Position numbers and translations under genes: made by a program. From assembly GCA_019650635.1 (NCBI GenBank), contig BOXE01000002.1, positions 50,136 through 114,135 on the forward strand: a stretch of DNA of 64,000 nt, in the 5' to 3' direction. Source of the DNA: Alphaproteobacteria bacterium (GTDB taxonomy: Bacteria > Pseudomonadota > Alphaproteobacteria > Methylaequorales > Methylaequoraceae). How positions within the stretch are numbered: the stretch's first letter is position 1; every line of letters begins with the position of its first letter. Under the pieces are notes generated by a model. It ran no database searches. It was given only the letters and a program-made list of their open reading frames with translations, and had not been told where the DNA came from. Positions 1-9,632 of this stretch are shown here, one piece after another.

Positions 1-162
1 TCCTAACTTTGATTTATCTATAAAAAATTTATCTATTTTTGGGTTTTCACCAGATTCTCTATTCCATCTATAAACATTGAATACGATTTTATTTTTTCCG
101 TCTTTTCCGAAAGTTTTTCCTTCTGAAACCTTGGAGTGTTGAGGTAATGATAATTGTACCAT
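1..162 (-). CDS. sdhB: succinate dehydrogenase iron-sulfur subunit, first 54 codons only (gene runs off the window start)
   Basis: Hand translation of the minus strand from ATG at 162..160 gives MVQLSLPQHSKVSEGKTFGKDGKNKIVFNVYRWNRESGENPKIDKFFIDKSKLG. This is an SdhB-like N-terminus, 9 nt downstream of sdhA in sdhCDAB order. Confidence 0.7.
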   Translation of the reverse strand, partial: MVQLSLPQHSKVSEGKTFGKDGKNKIVFNVYRWNRESGENPKIDKFFIDKSKLG

Positions 163-171
163 AGTTATAAA

Positions 172-1952
172 TTAGTAAACTCTTGCTTTTGGTTCAATAG
201 TTTTTATTTCTTTAGAGTTAGTCTGAAGATTAACCTTTCTAAATCTAGTCTCTGTTTTTCCGTCTTTATTAGCCCAAATTAGAGAGTGTTTAAGCCATTT
301 TTTGTCGTCTCTTTTAGAATAATCTATTCTTGAATGGGCCCCCCTACTTTCTTTTCTATTTAAAGCACTCTCTACGCTTACAATTGCTTGAGATAATAGA
401 TTTTTTAATTCAAGGGCCTCTATCACTTCAGTATTCCATATTAAGCTTTGATCATTAATTTTTATACTTTTAAAATCATTTAAAAGGGATAATAGTTTAC
501 TTTTGCCTTCTAGCATTTTTTCTTCAGACCTGTATACAGGACAAAAGTTTTGCATAGTATGTTGCATTTCAAGTCTTATAGAAGCAACACTCTTTCTTCC
601 ATTAGAATTCCTAATATTTTCGAAGTCTTCTATTAATTTATTAACTGTATGATCTTTAATCTCAGGATTTTTCTTTTTCCTATCAATTATACTATTGCAT
701 CTGTTGGCTGCTGACTTTCCGAACACAACTAAATCCAGTAGAGAGTTAGATCCTAATCTATTAGCTCCGTGGACTGATACACATGCGGCTTCTCCAATCG
801 ACATCAACCCAGGCACAACTACTTCTTATCTTTAGAATCCAAATTTAGTACTTCTCCATGAATATTGGTTGGAATTCCTCCCATATTATAATGTACTGTA
901 GGTTGAACAGGAATTGGTTTCTTTCGTACATCGACGCCGGCAAAAATTTTTGCTGATTCTGTAATTCCGGGGAGCTTTTCTTGAAGGACCTTAGGGTCGA
1001 GATGATGTAAGTTTAGATGAATATGATCTTTTCTAGAACCACAACCTCTTCCTTCCATTATTTCTGTTGTCATAGATCGAGATACAACATCTCTACTGGC
1101 TAGATCTTTAGCATTTGGAGCATATCTTTCCATAAACCTCTCCCCAGCACTGTTTGTCAAATAACCCCCTTCTCCTCTAGCACCCTCTGTTATCAAAACA
1201 CCAACACCATATATTCCTGTTGGATGAAATTGTGTAAATTCCATATCTTGAAGTGGCAAGCCTGCTCTTAGAACCATCCCACCTCCGTCTCCAGTGCAGG
1301 TGTGAGCTGAAGTACATGAAAAATAAGCTCTTCCATAACCACCGGTTGCTAAAATTACCATTTTTGCTGAAAAAATATAAAACTCTCCATCATGCAGATT
1401 GAAAGTGAGCACCCCACAGCATTCATTTTTATCGTTCATAATTAGATCTATTGCAAAATATTCAATAAAAAAATCGGCATTATTTGAAAGGGATTGTTGA
1501 TATAAAGTATGAAGCATTGCATGGCCCGTTCTATCTGCAGCTGCACATGTTCTCTGCGCAATACCCTCTCCAAAATGAGTTGTCATACCACCAAATGGCC
1601 TTTGGTAAATTTTTCCTTTTTCTGTTCTGGAAAATGGGACACCAAAGTGTTCAAGTTCAATCACAGCCTCTGGTGCTTCTTTACACATAAAAGCAATTGC
1701 ATCTTGATCACCAAGCCAGTCCGAACCTTTGACAGTATCATACATATGCCATTTCCAGTCATCTTCACCCATATTGCCAAGTGCAGCACTTATTCCTCCC
1801 TGAGCGGCAACTGTATGACTTCTTGTTGGAAAAACTTTTGATACACAAGCAGTTTTCAATCCATGAGACGCACATCCCATAACCGCTCTTAGTCCAGAGC
1901 CGCCTGCGCCGACTACAACAACATCAAAATTATGTGTTTTAATATTATTCAT
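172..1952 (-). CDS. sdhA: succinate dehydrogenase flavoprotein subunit, split into two ORFs by a 1-nt frameshift near 816-826
   Basis: ORF 819..1952 carries the FAD motif [16 protein letters not shown] 172..816 carries [26 protein letters not shown] and KESRGAHSR. Span length is 1781 nt (3n+2), consistent with one missing base. Confidence 0.93.
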
Positions 1953-2284
1953 AAATTCAACTTTACTAAACTAAATATTGTTATAAAAAAAAGAACTACA
2001 AAGAAAAAGTTTTTAATTAAAATTATTTTTTGTTTTAAGGATTCCTCATGAATATAATCATCTATTATTGACGAGAGCCCAATATTTGAATGCAGTATGA
2101 TTGCAGAAAGCATTACTAAAACCGAAAATGAATTTAAATAGTTTTTGAACCATCCCGTAATCACGTCATAGTTTTGAAGTTCTAGGCCATATAAAGAATA
2201 GACTGTATAAAAGGATGCAATTAAAAACAAAATTGCAAAAATTTTTTGAAATAACCATTTTGATGTGTAAGTAAAATTCATCAA
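1949..2284 (-). CDS. sdhD: succinate dehydrogenase hydrophobic membrane anchor subunit
   Basis: 111 aa with three hydrophobic segments. It lies between sdhC and sdhA with 4-nt overlaps at both ends. Confidence 0.75.
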   Translation of the reverse strand: MMNFTYTSKWLFQKIFAILFLIASFYTVYSLYGLELQNYDVITGWFKNYLNSFSVLVMLSAIILHSNIGLSSIIDDYIHEESLKQKIILIKNFFFVVLFFITIFSLVKLNL

Positions 2285-2664
2285 AACAGCCCCAATAACC
2301 TAGAAATAAAAATGCTGGAAATGAAGGAGGTCGCGATAATAATATATCCAAAAATTGCTGAAGATCTATTTCCAAGAAGAAAACCAAAGTCCCAAATTAT
2401 ATGACGAATACCATTTAAAAAATGGTATGAAAAACCAAGAATAGCTAAAAATATTATAATTTTTATTGGAAAAGAATTAATGAAAGAAATAAACAACTCA
2501 AAGTAACTCTCTCCCAAAGTAATACAGAGGAGACCAAGTACTACAATTACCAACACAAAGTTTAATGCTACACCAGAAATTCTGTGAGAAATTGAGAGCA
2601 AAGAGGTAATTTGGGGTTTGTAAATTTGCAGATGAGGTGAAAGAGGGAGGTCTTGTTTTTTCAT
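2281..2664 (-). CDS. sdhC: succinate dehydrogenase cytochrome b556 subunit
   Basis: 127 aa. PLSPHLQIYKPQITSLLSISHRISG is the typical SdhC N-terminal signature, followed by three TM segments. Confidence 0.88.
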   Translation of the reverse strand: MKKQDLPLSPHLQIYKPQITSLLSISHRISGVALNFVLVIVVLGLLCITLGESYFELFISFINSFPIKIIIFLAILGFSYHFLNGIRHIIWDFGFLLGNRSSAIFGYIIIATSFISSIFISRLLGLF

Positions 2665-3701
2665 TTTATAGGTATTAAAACAGAATATTCTAAGTCAAGG
2701 ACTATATTATCAGTAAGATTTTTTTTGTCTGGAAAATTCATTTTTGAATCGTTTTTCGATGCTAAAGTTCGGATCATCATCGCACCAACATTTTTATGGA
2801 TAATTTCTTTCTCCAAAATCTTTGACCAAGCGTATATGGTATCACCAGCAAAGGTTGGAGCGGAATGCTTTCCTGAATGAATTGCTGCCAGCTTAAAAGT
2901 ATTTGCAAGACCATTACAACTAATCGCTCTTGCAAGAGATATTATATAACCACCATATATTATTCTCTTTCCAAATCTTCCAGATTTTTCAATATGCTGA
3001 TTGAAATGAACTCTCGCATTATTTTGATAAAGACGAGTAGCTAATTGATGTTCTGCTTCCTCAATTGTCTGACCATCCAGATGATGTATTTCTTCTTCTT
3101 CTGCATAGTCATTAAAATAAAAACTACTTCCAGACACTGAAGATGACCATTTATCAATGTCAAAATTTTCAATGAGATTAAAATCTTTAGTTTTAACTTT
3201 ATCTGGTAGATCAGGAATAGTATTTTGGAATGATTTTATCATACCTTCATTTCTTTTCCTCATCATAAGCCATCTGTAATAAGTTAAAACAATCTCATCA
3301 TTTTGATTTTTACCAACTGATTCTACATAAACAGTTCCAGTTTTTCCATTTGAATTTTCTTTTAGTCCAATAATTTTGGAGCTTGCATTTAAAGTGTCCC
3401 CAACAAACGCAGGTTTATGAAATTTAACACCAGCGTAACCTAAATTTGCTATCGCATTCAGAGATAAATCAGGGACTGTTCTTCCAAAAACCATATGAAA
3501 CAATAAAATATCATCTATTGGGATTTTTTTAAGTCCTAAAGTTTTTGAAAATTCAGCTGAATAATTCAAAGGAAATCTGCTACCCGTTGTACTAAGATAT
3601 ATTGCAACATCACCATCAGTAATCGTTCGTGGAACACTATGATTAATTTCTTCACTCAATTTATAATCTTCGAAATATCTACTTTTAAAGTTTTTTTTCA
3701 T
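2661..3701 (-). CDS. MaoC-family double hot-dog dehydratase (mesaconyl-CoA hydratase-like); substrate unknown
   Basis: 346 aa, about twice the size of a single hot-dog domain. It has N-terminal FEDY..G....H..RTITDGDVAIY and a second half with HFNQH....GKRIIYGG. Family assignment is from memory of MaoC/Mch-type proteins. Confidence 0.55.
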   Translation of the reverse strand: MKKNFKSRYFEDYKLSEEINHSVPRTITDGDVAIYLSTTGSRFPLNYSAEFSKTLGLKKIPIDDILLFHMVFGRTVPDLSLNAIANLGYAGVKFHKPAFVGDTLNASSKIIGLKENSNGKTGTVYVESVGKNQNDEIVLTYYRWLMMRKRNEGMIKSFQNTIPDLPDKVKTKDFNLIENFDIDKWSSSVSGSSFYFNDYAEEEEIHHLDGQTIEEAEHQLATRLYQNNARVHFNQHIEKSGRFGKRIIYGGYIISLARAISCNGLANTFKLAAIHSGKHSAPTFAGDTIYAWSKILEKEIIHKNVGAMMIRTLASKNDSKMNFPDKKNLTDNIVLDLEYSVLIPIK

Positions 3702-3703
3702 TT

Positions 3704-4717
3704 CTATTTCATTTTATTTTTAATAATTAACTCCGCAATTTGAACTGTATTTAAAGCAGCACCCTTCCTTAAATTATCTGCAACAACCCATAAGCCAATT
3801 GTTTTTTTATTTGCTCCTAATCTTAATCTACTAATAAACACGTCATCCTCTCCAGCTGATTCGTCAGGAGTTACATATCCTCCATCTATTTTTTTATCAA
3901 CTAGAGATAAGCCAGGAAACTTTTTAATATTAGATATAAGTTTTTTAAGATCAATTGTTTTTTCTGTTTCTAAATAAATGGCTTCACCGTGACCAACGAA
4001 AACTGGAACTCTGACACAAGTTGAGAAAATCTCAAATTTATCATTAAAAATTTTTTGAGTTTCTTCTATCATTTTTTTTTCTTCCTTTGTTGAACCGTCA
4101 TCTAAAAATTCGTCGATATGTGGAATTAAATTAAATGCAATTTTTTTTGTAAAATTTTTGGCAACAAGTGGTTTATTTTTATACACATCAAGAGTTTGGT
4201 GAAAAAGTTCATCCATTGCAGATTTTCCTGCTCCAGAGGTTGACTGGTAAGTCGCAACTATAATTTTTTTTATTTTAAAAAGATCATGTATTGGCTTGAG
4301 TGCCATAACCATCTGAATTGTTGAGCAATTTGGATTGGAAACAATTTTTTTTTTTAAGTCAAGTATATCCTTTGGATTTACTTCTGGAACGATTAAGGGT
4401 ATTCCTTTTTTCATTCTAAAATGAGACGTATTGTCGATAACAATAGCACCATCTCTGGTTGCTTTAGGCACAAACTTTGCTGAAATTTTGGAACCAGGTG
4501 ACGACAAAACTAATTCTGTTTCTTTAAATTTAAATTTATCAAGTGACTGTACCTCTAACTCTTTTCCATTTCCATAAGGTATTTTTAATCCCTCAGATCT
4601 TGAAGACGCAACTGCATAGATTTTATTAATGGGGAAATTTCTATCGTCTAGAATATTGAGTATTTCTCTCCCAACATTTCCAGTTGCACCGACAACTGCA
4701 ACATTATATTTTTTCAT
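3704..4717 (-). CDS. asd: aspartate-semialdehyde dehydrogenase
   Basis: 337 aa. It has the [15 protein letters not shown] Rossmann N-terminus and the [10 protein letters not shown] active-site Cys region. Confidence 0.93.
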   Translation of the reverse strand: MKKYNVAVVGATGNVGREILNILDDRNFPINKIYAVASSRSEGLKIPYGNGKELEVQSLDKFKFKETELVLSSPGSKISAKFVPKATRDGAIVIDNTSHFRMKKGIPLIVPEVNPKDILDLKKKIVSNPNCSTIQMVMALKPIHDLFKIKKIIVATYQSTSGAGKSAMDELFHQTLDVYKNKPLVAKNFTKKIAFNLIPHIDEFLDDGSTKEEKKMIEETQKIFNDKFEIFSTCVRVPVFVGHGEAIYLETEKTIDLKKLISNIKKFPGLSLVDKKIDGGYVTPDESAGEDDVFISRLRLGANKKTIGLWVVADNLRKGAALNTVQIAELIIKNKMK

Positions 4718-5814
4718 TCTTTCATTTCCTCCAAGACTTTATCTCCCATTTCGTTGGTTGATAAAAGAATCTTATTTTCACTGTATATATCTTTTGTTCG
4801 AAATCCTTTTTCTAAAACTGATCTAACTGCATCATTAATCTTTTCTGCAATGACTTTTTTATCCAATGAGTATTCAAACATCATCCCAACACTTAAAATC
4901 ATTGCCAAAGGATTAGATACGCCTTGTCCTGAAATATCGGGTGCCGAGCCGTGAACTGGCTCATACATTGCTTTTTTTTGGCCCTTCGAATTGATGCCAA
5001 TCGAAGCTGACGGCAACATGCCAAGAGATCCTGTAAGCATTGATGCGCAATCTGAGAGTATGTCCCCAAACATGTTAGTTGTAACAATTACATCAAATTG
5101 TTTTGGATTTCTTACTAACTGCATTGAGGCATTATCTACGTACATATGCGAAAGTTCAACTTCGGGATATTTTTTGGAAGTTTCTATCATCACTTCCCTC
5201 CATAATTCAGTTGATTCCAGAACATTTGCTTTATCGACAGAACATAATTTTTTTGATCTAGACATGGCTGTTTCAAAAGCTACCTCTGCTATTCTCTCAA
5301 TTTCTTTACTCGTGTATACAAGCGTATTATATCCCTTGTAGTTTTGATCATTAATTTTTTCAATTCCTCTTGGTTCTCCAAAATATATGCCGCTTGTCAA
5401 TTCTCTTATAATCAAAATGTCTAAATCTTTAATTACTTCTGGTTTTAAACTCGATGAATCAATGAGAGGGTCAAATACAATTGCAGGCCTATAATTTGCA
5501 AATAAATCTAATTCTTTTCTGATTTTCAGAAGACCTCTTTCAGGTCTTTTTTCAAAATCCATTTTTTCCCATTTTGGTCCTCCAACTGCTCCCAATAAAA
5601 TAGCATCAGATTGTTTAATTCTTTTTAATGTTTCATCTGACAAAGGAGTTCCGTATTTATCAATTGATGCACCACCAACATATTCTTCAACTAAATTTAT
5701 ATTAAAAGTTGCGTTGCTAGAAATCCAATCAATAAGTTTTCTTGCTTCTTTTGCAATTTCCTCTCCGATTCCATCACCTGGAAGAATAGAAATATTATAA
5801 GATTCCGTTTGCAT
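4714..5814 (-). CDS. leuB: 3-isopropylmalate dehydrogenase
   Basis: 366 aa with [20 protein letters not shown] and NMFGDILSD motifs. Adjacent to leuD and leuC. Confidence 0.95.
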   Translation of the reverse strand: MQTESYNISILPGDGIGEEIAKEARKLIDWISSNATFNINLVEEYVGGASIDKYGTPLSDETLKRIKQSDAILLGAVGGPKWEKMDFEKRPERGLLKIRKELDLFANYRPAIVFDPLIDSSSLKPEVIKDLDILIIRELTSGIYFGEPRGIEKINDQNYKGYNTLVYTSKEIERIAEVAFETAMSRSKKLCSVDKANVLESTELWREVMIETSKKYPEVELSHMYVDNASMQLVRNPKQFDVIVTTNMFGDILSDCASMLTGSLGMLPSASIGINSKGQKKAMYEPVHGSAPDISGQGVSNPLAMILSVGMMFEYSLDKKVIAEKINDAVRSVLEKGFRTKDIYSENKILLSTNEMGDKVLEEMKE

Positions 5815-5839
5815 TTTATTTAAGAATTATTTTTTAAGA

Positions 5840-6445
5840 TCAAATCATTAACCATGATCTGGATTTGTTGAGTTTCAGTTCATAATCATCAATTTTCTCA
5901 GATTTTTTTAAAGTAAGAGCAATGTCGTCTAAACCCTCTAAAAGACATTTTTTTCTAAAAGGATCTATATCAAAATTGATATTGATTTCGCTCCCACACG
6001 AAATTACTTGTTTAGGCAAATCAACGGTGAGTAAATTTTTATTCTCTGCTTGTTTAATTAAAATATCATTTTCAGAATTATTTACTTTTATAGGCAAAAT
6101 TCCATTTTTAAAGCAATTATTAAAGAAAATATCTGCGAAACTAGGGGCTATTATGCATCTAAAACCAAAATCTAATAATGACCAAGGTGCGTGTTCTCTG
6201 CTACTCCCACAACCAAAATTATCTCCAGTAATTAGTATTTTAGCATTTTTATAAAACTCCCAATTAAGTACAAAATCATTTTTTAAATTGCCATTAATGT
6301 CATACCTGAGTTCATGAAATAGATTTTTACCTAAACCTGATCTTTTAATAGTTTTGAGAAACTGTTTTGGAATAATCATATCTGTATCAACATTAATCAT
6401 TGGAAGTGGGGCTGCAATTGCCTTTATTTTATCAAATTTTTTCAC
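5840..6445 (-). CDS. leuD: 3-isopropylmalate dehydratase small subunit
   Basis: 201 aa with [15 protein letters not shown]. It directly abuts leuC. Confidence 0.95.
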   Translation of the reverse strand: MKKFDKIKAIAAPLPMINVDTDMIIPKQFLKTIKRSGLGKNLFHELRYDINGNLKNDFVLNWEFYKNAKILITGDNFGCGSSREHAPWSLLDFGFRCIIAPSFADIFFNNCFKNGILPIKVNNSENDILIKQAENKNLLTVDLPKQVISCGSEININFDIDPFRKKCLLEGLDDIALTLKKSEKIDDYELKLNKSRSWLMI

Positions 6446-7841
6446 TTATATATCTTCTACCAAGCTCAACTTACCCTTGAGTGCAGTGGCAGCTGCTACA
6501 GCCGGACTAACAAGATGAGTTCTGCCCTCTCTACCTTGCCTTCCTTCAAAATTTCTGTTTGATGTTGAAGCACACCTTTCTTTTGGTTTAAGTTGATCGG
6601 GGTTCATAGCAAGACACATCGAGCACCCTGGTTCCCTCCAGTCAAAGCCAGCATCTATAAGGATCTTATCGATACCTTCTTGTTCTGCTTGTTGTTTAAC
6701 AAGTCCAGAGCCAGGAACAATCATGGAGTTGACAATTACTTTTTTGCCTTCAACAACTTTCGCAACTTCTCTTAGATCCTCTATTCTTCCATTGGTACAT
6801 GATCCTATAAACACTCTGTCAATTTCAATGTCTTTAATCTTTTGATTAGGCGTTAACCCCATGTAATCTAGCGATCTTTGCACAGCGCCTCGTCTTTTGG
6901 AATCTGAAATTTTTTTTGGGTCAGGAGTTTTGCCATTTATCGAAACAACGTCTTGTGGACTAGTTCCCCAAGTAACCTTTAGGTTCTATGGAACTTGCTT
7001 TGATTTTTACTTCCTTGTCATAAATTGCATCCGGTTCTGATGTGAGACTTTTCCAATATTTGATTGCTTTAGTCCAGTTCTCTGCTGTAGGAGCGTATGG
7101 TCTACCTTTTATATATTCAAATGTTTTCTCATCCGGAGCAATTAGACCAGCTCTCGCACCAGCCTCAATGCTCATATTGCAAATGGTCATTCTGCCTTCC
7201 ATTGTGAGTTTTGAAATGGCTTCGCCAGAGTATTCAATTACAAAGCCAGTGCCGCCAGCAGTTCCAATTTCTCCAATTATTTTCAAAATGATGTCCTTGG
7301 AAGTAATGCTAGGGCTCACATTTCCGGTAACGCTGATTCGCATATTTTTTGCTGGTTTTTGAATCAATGTTTGAGTTGCTAAAACGTGCTCAACTTCGCT
7401 TGTTCCAATACCGAATGCCAGAGCCCCAAATGCCCCATGCGTTGCAGTATGACTATCACCACAAACAATAGTCATGCCAGGTTGTGTTATTCCTTGTTCG
7501 GGACCAACTATATGAACAATCCCTTGTCGCTTATCCATTAAAGGAAAAAAGTTAACCTTGAATTCTTGGCAGTTTTTCTCTAACGTTTCTACTTGAATTC
7601 TACTTTCTTTGTTCTTTATACCGTTGGATCTATCACTTGTAGGTACATTATGATCAGCAACAGCAAAGGTATGACTTGGTTTTCTTACAACTCTGCCAGT
7701 ATTTCTTAGTCCCTCGAAGGCTTGCGGGCTAGTCACTTCATGAACAAGATGTCTATCAATGTAAATAAGGCATGTTCCGTCATCTTGTTTTTCAACTAAA
7801 TGACTGTCCCAAATTTTATCAAATAAAGTTTTAGGTTTCAT
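6446..7841 (-). CDS. leuC: 3-isopropylmalate dehydratase large subunit, split by a 1-nt insertion near 6976
   Basis: ORF 6960..7841 carries [14 protein letters not shown] and VCGDSHT. ORF 6446..6883 carries [11 protein letters not shown] and [13 protein letters not shown]. Hand translation of the gap in the downstream frame gives [42 protein letters not shown]. Span is 1396 nt (3n+1). Confidence 0.93.
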
Positions 7842-8026
7842 ATAATAAATATATAACCCATAAAAAGTCTAAAAAGTATTATTTTTTTTCATCAACTTTT
7901 TCTTTTTCTTCTACAGAAATATTGGTGTCATTAACAATATCCTTAGTTGCCTTATTATCATCTGATACTTTATTTAAGTTAGATTGTTGTTTAGGAGAGG
8001 TATTATTTTTTTTTTCTAACTCTTTA

Positions 8027-8398
8027 TTAATAGGAGTTGCTAACGTTTTTTTCAGCTATCCTGGCTGATTTACCACTTCTTTTTCTAAGATAGTACAGTT
8101 TTGATCTTCTTACACTACCAACCTTCACTACTTCAATTTTATTTATTTGGGGAGAAAATAGAGGAAGTATTCTCTCAATACCTTCACCATAAGAAATTTT
8201 CCTTACCGTGAATGAAGAATTAATACCTGCATTTTTCTTGGAAATACAAACACCCTCGAAAACTTGAATTCTTTCCTTTTCGCCTTCTTTAACCTTCAAG
8301 TGAACTTTAATTGTATCACCAGAGCTAAATTTGGGTAATTTATTGTCTGATTGTAATTCTTTTAAGTGTCCTTTTTCAAATTTTTCAAGTGTGTTCAT
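8027..8398 (-). CDS. rplS: 50S ribosomal protein L19 (an alternative frame stays open to 7879, see findings)
   Basis: 123 aa with [29 protein letters not shown] and [16 protein letters not shown]. It is the last gene of the rpsP-rimM-trmD-rplS operon. Confidence 0.93.
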   Translation of the reverse strand: MNTLEKFEKGHLKELQSDNKLPKFSSGDTIKVHLKVKEGEKERIQVFEGVCISKKNAGINSSFTVRKISYGEGIERILPLFSPQINKIEVVKVGSVRRSKLYYLRKRSGKSARIAEKNVSNSY

Positions 8399-9102
8399 TT
8401 TTCCCCCTTATTCTTCTTACAGTATAGCTTGTACAAATCTGGTCTCACATTTTTAGTTTTTTCGATTGATTTTATCAACCTCCAATCTGAAATTTTTTTA
8501 TGGTTTCCACTAAGAAGAACATCTGGAACACTAAGACCTTTCCAATTGCTTGGTTTGGTATACTGTGGATATTCCAATAAATGGTTTTGAAAACTTTCAA
8601 ATTTCAAACTATTTTTATTACCTAATACTTCAGGAATTAATCTTACGCAAGTATCAATTAAAATAATTGAGGGAATTTCTCCTCCAGATAGAATAAAATC
8701 ACCGATTGAATATTCTTCTATGGCATTATATTTTAAAAATCTCTCATCAATTCCCTCATACCTTCCACATATAATTACTAATTCATCAAACGTAACTAAT
8801 TTATTGACTACGTCAGTGTTTACTGTCTGACCCCCTGGAGATAAAAATATAATTTTTTTATTTTTAATATTATCTTTTGTTGCATAATCCAAAGCATTTT
8901 GCATAACATCAGGTTTGATTATCATTCCTGCTCCTCCGCCGAAGGGTTTTTCGTCTACAGAATTTGATTTATTATCTGAAAAATCTCTGATATTTATTAC
9001 CTCTATCTCAAATAACTTTTTTGATAATGCTTTTCCTGAAATCGAGTGAGCTAATGGCCCAGGAAACATTTCAGGAAATAAAGTAAGAATCTTAAATTTC
9101 AT
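8395..9102 (-). CDS. trmD: tRNA (guanine37-N1)-methyltransferase
   Basis: 235 aa with [12 protein letters not shown] and [12 protein letters not shown] motifs, in the expected operon position. Confidence 0.93.
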   Translation of the reverse strand: MKFKILTLFPEMFPGPLAHSISGKALSKKLFEIEVINIRDFSDNKSNSVDEKPFGGGAGMIIKPDVMQNALDYATKDNIKNKKIIFLSPGGQTVNTDVVNKLVTFDELVIICGRYEGIDERFLKYNAIEEYSIGDFILSGGEIPSIILIDTCVRLIPEVLGNKNSLKFESFQNHLLEYPQYTKPSNWKGLSVPDVLLSGNHKKISDWRLIKSIEKTKNVRPDLYKLYCKKNKGEK

Positions 9103-9499
9103 AATAAGACGGATTTAGAAAAAGCACTTTTTTTTTAATATCAATTTCTTCAATATGATCATCGTTGAAGGGTACTAATATTTCTTTTTTTTTATCTAAT
9201 ATTTCTAAATAATCACCAGCTCCATGATTTTTAACGTTCATAACAACACCTACCTGTTTTTTTTTAATATATGCTTTCATATGAATTAGGTCATTGTAAT
9301 AAAATTTTTTTTTATCAAGTTTTGGTAATTCAATTCTATCTATAAAAATCATTCTTCCAGAGTATTTTTTAGCTTCTTCTGGATTACTGACAGAATTAAT
9401 TTTACATAAAATCTTATTTGATTTAACTACAAAACTAGCAATAATTTTTTCTTTTCCATCAACATAAAAATTTTTATAATTAACAATATCTTTTTTCAC
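9092..9499 (-). CDS. rimM: 16S rRNA processing protein RimM (conserved N-terminus continues in frame upstream to 9604 without a canonical start)
   Basis: The listed ORF starts at GTG 9499. The same frame upstream reads NLGTQVITLKSKIIVARFGKTYGINGEIIIHSYLT, which matches the RimM N-terminal G-x-x-G-x-x-G-E motif. An in-frame TAG lies at 9605..9607. Confidence 0.8.
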   Translation of the reverse strand: MKKDIVNYKNFYVDGKEKIIASFVVKSNKILCKINSVSNPEEAKKYSGRMIFIDRIELPKLDKKKFYYNDLIHMKAYIKKKQVGVVMNVKNHGAGDYLEILDKKKEILVPFNDDHIEEIDIKKKVLFLNPSYYEI

Positions 9500-9632
9500 T
9501 GTTAAGTAGCTATGAATGATTATTTCCCCGTTAATGCCATAAGTTTTCCCAAATCTTGCAACAATTATTTTTGACTTTAAGGTGATGACTTGTGTTCCTA
9601 GATTCTATTTTTATTAATAACTAAAATTAAAC

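Noticed and set aside
2166-2387. 73-aa same-strand ORF overlapping the sdhD/sdhC junction in another frame
   Set aside because: It is fully embedded in two well-supported genes and has no motif. It is a frame-overlap artefact.
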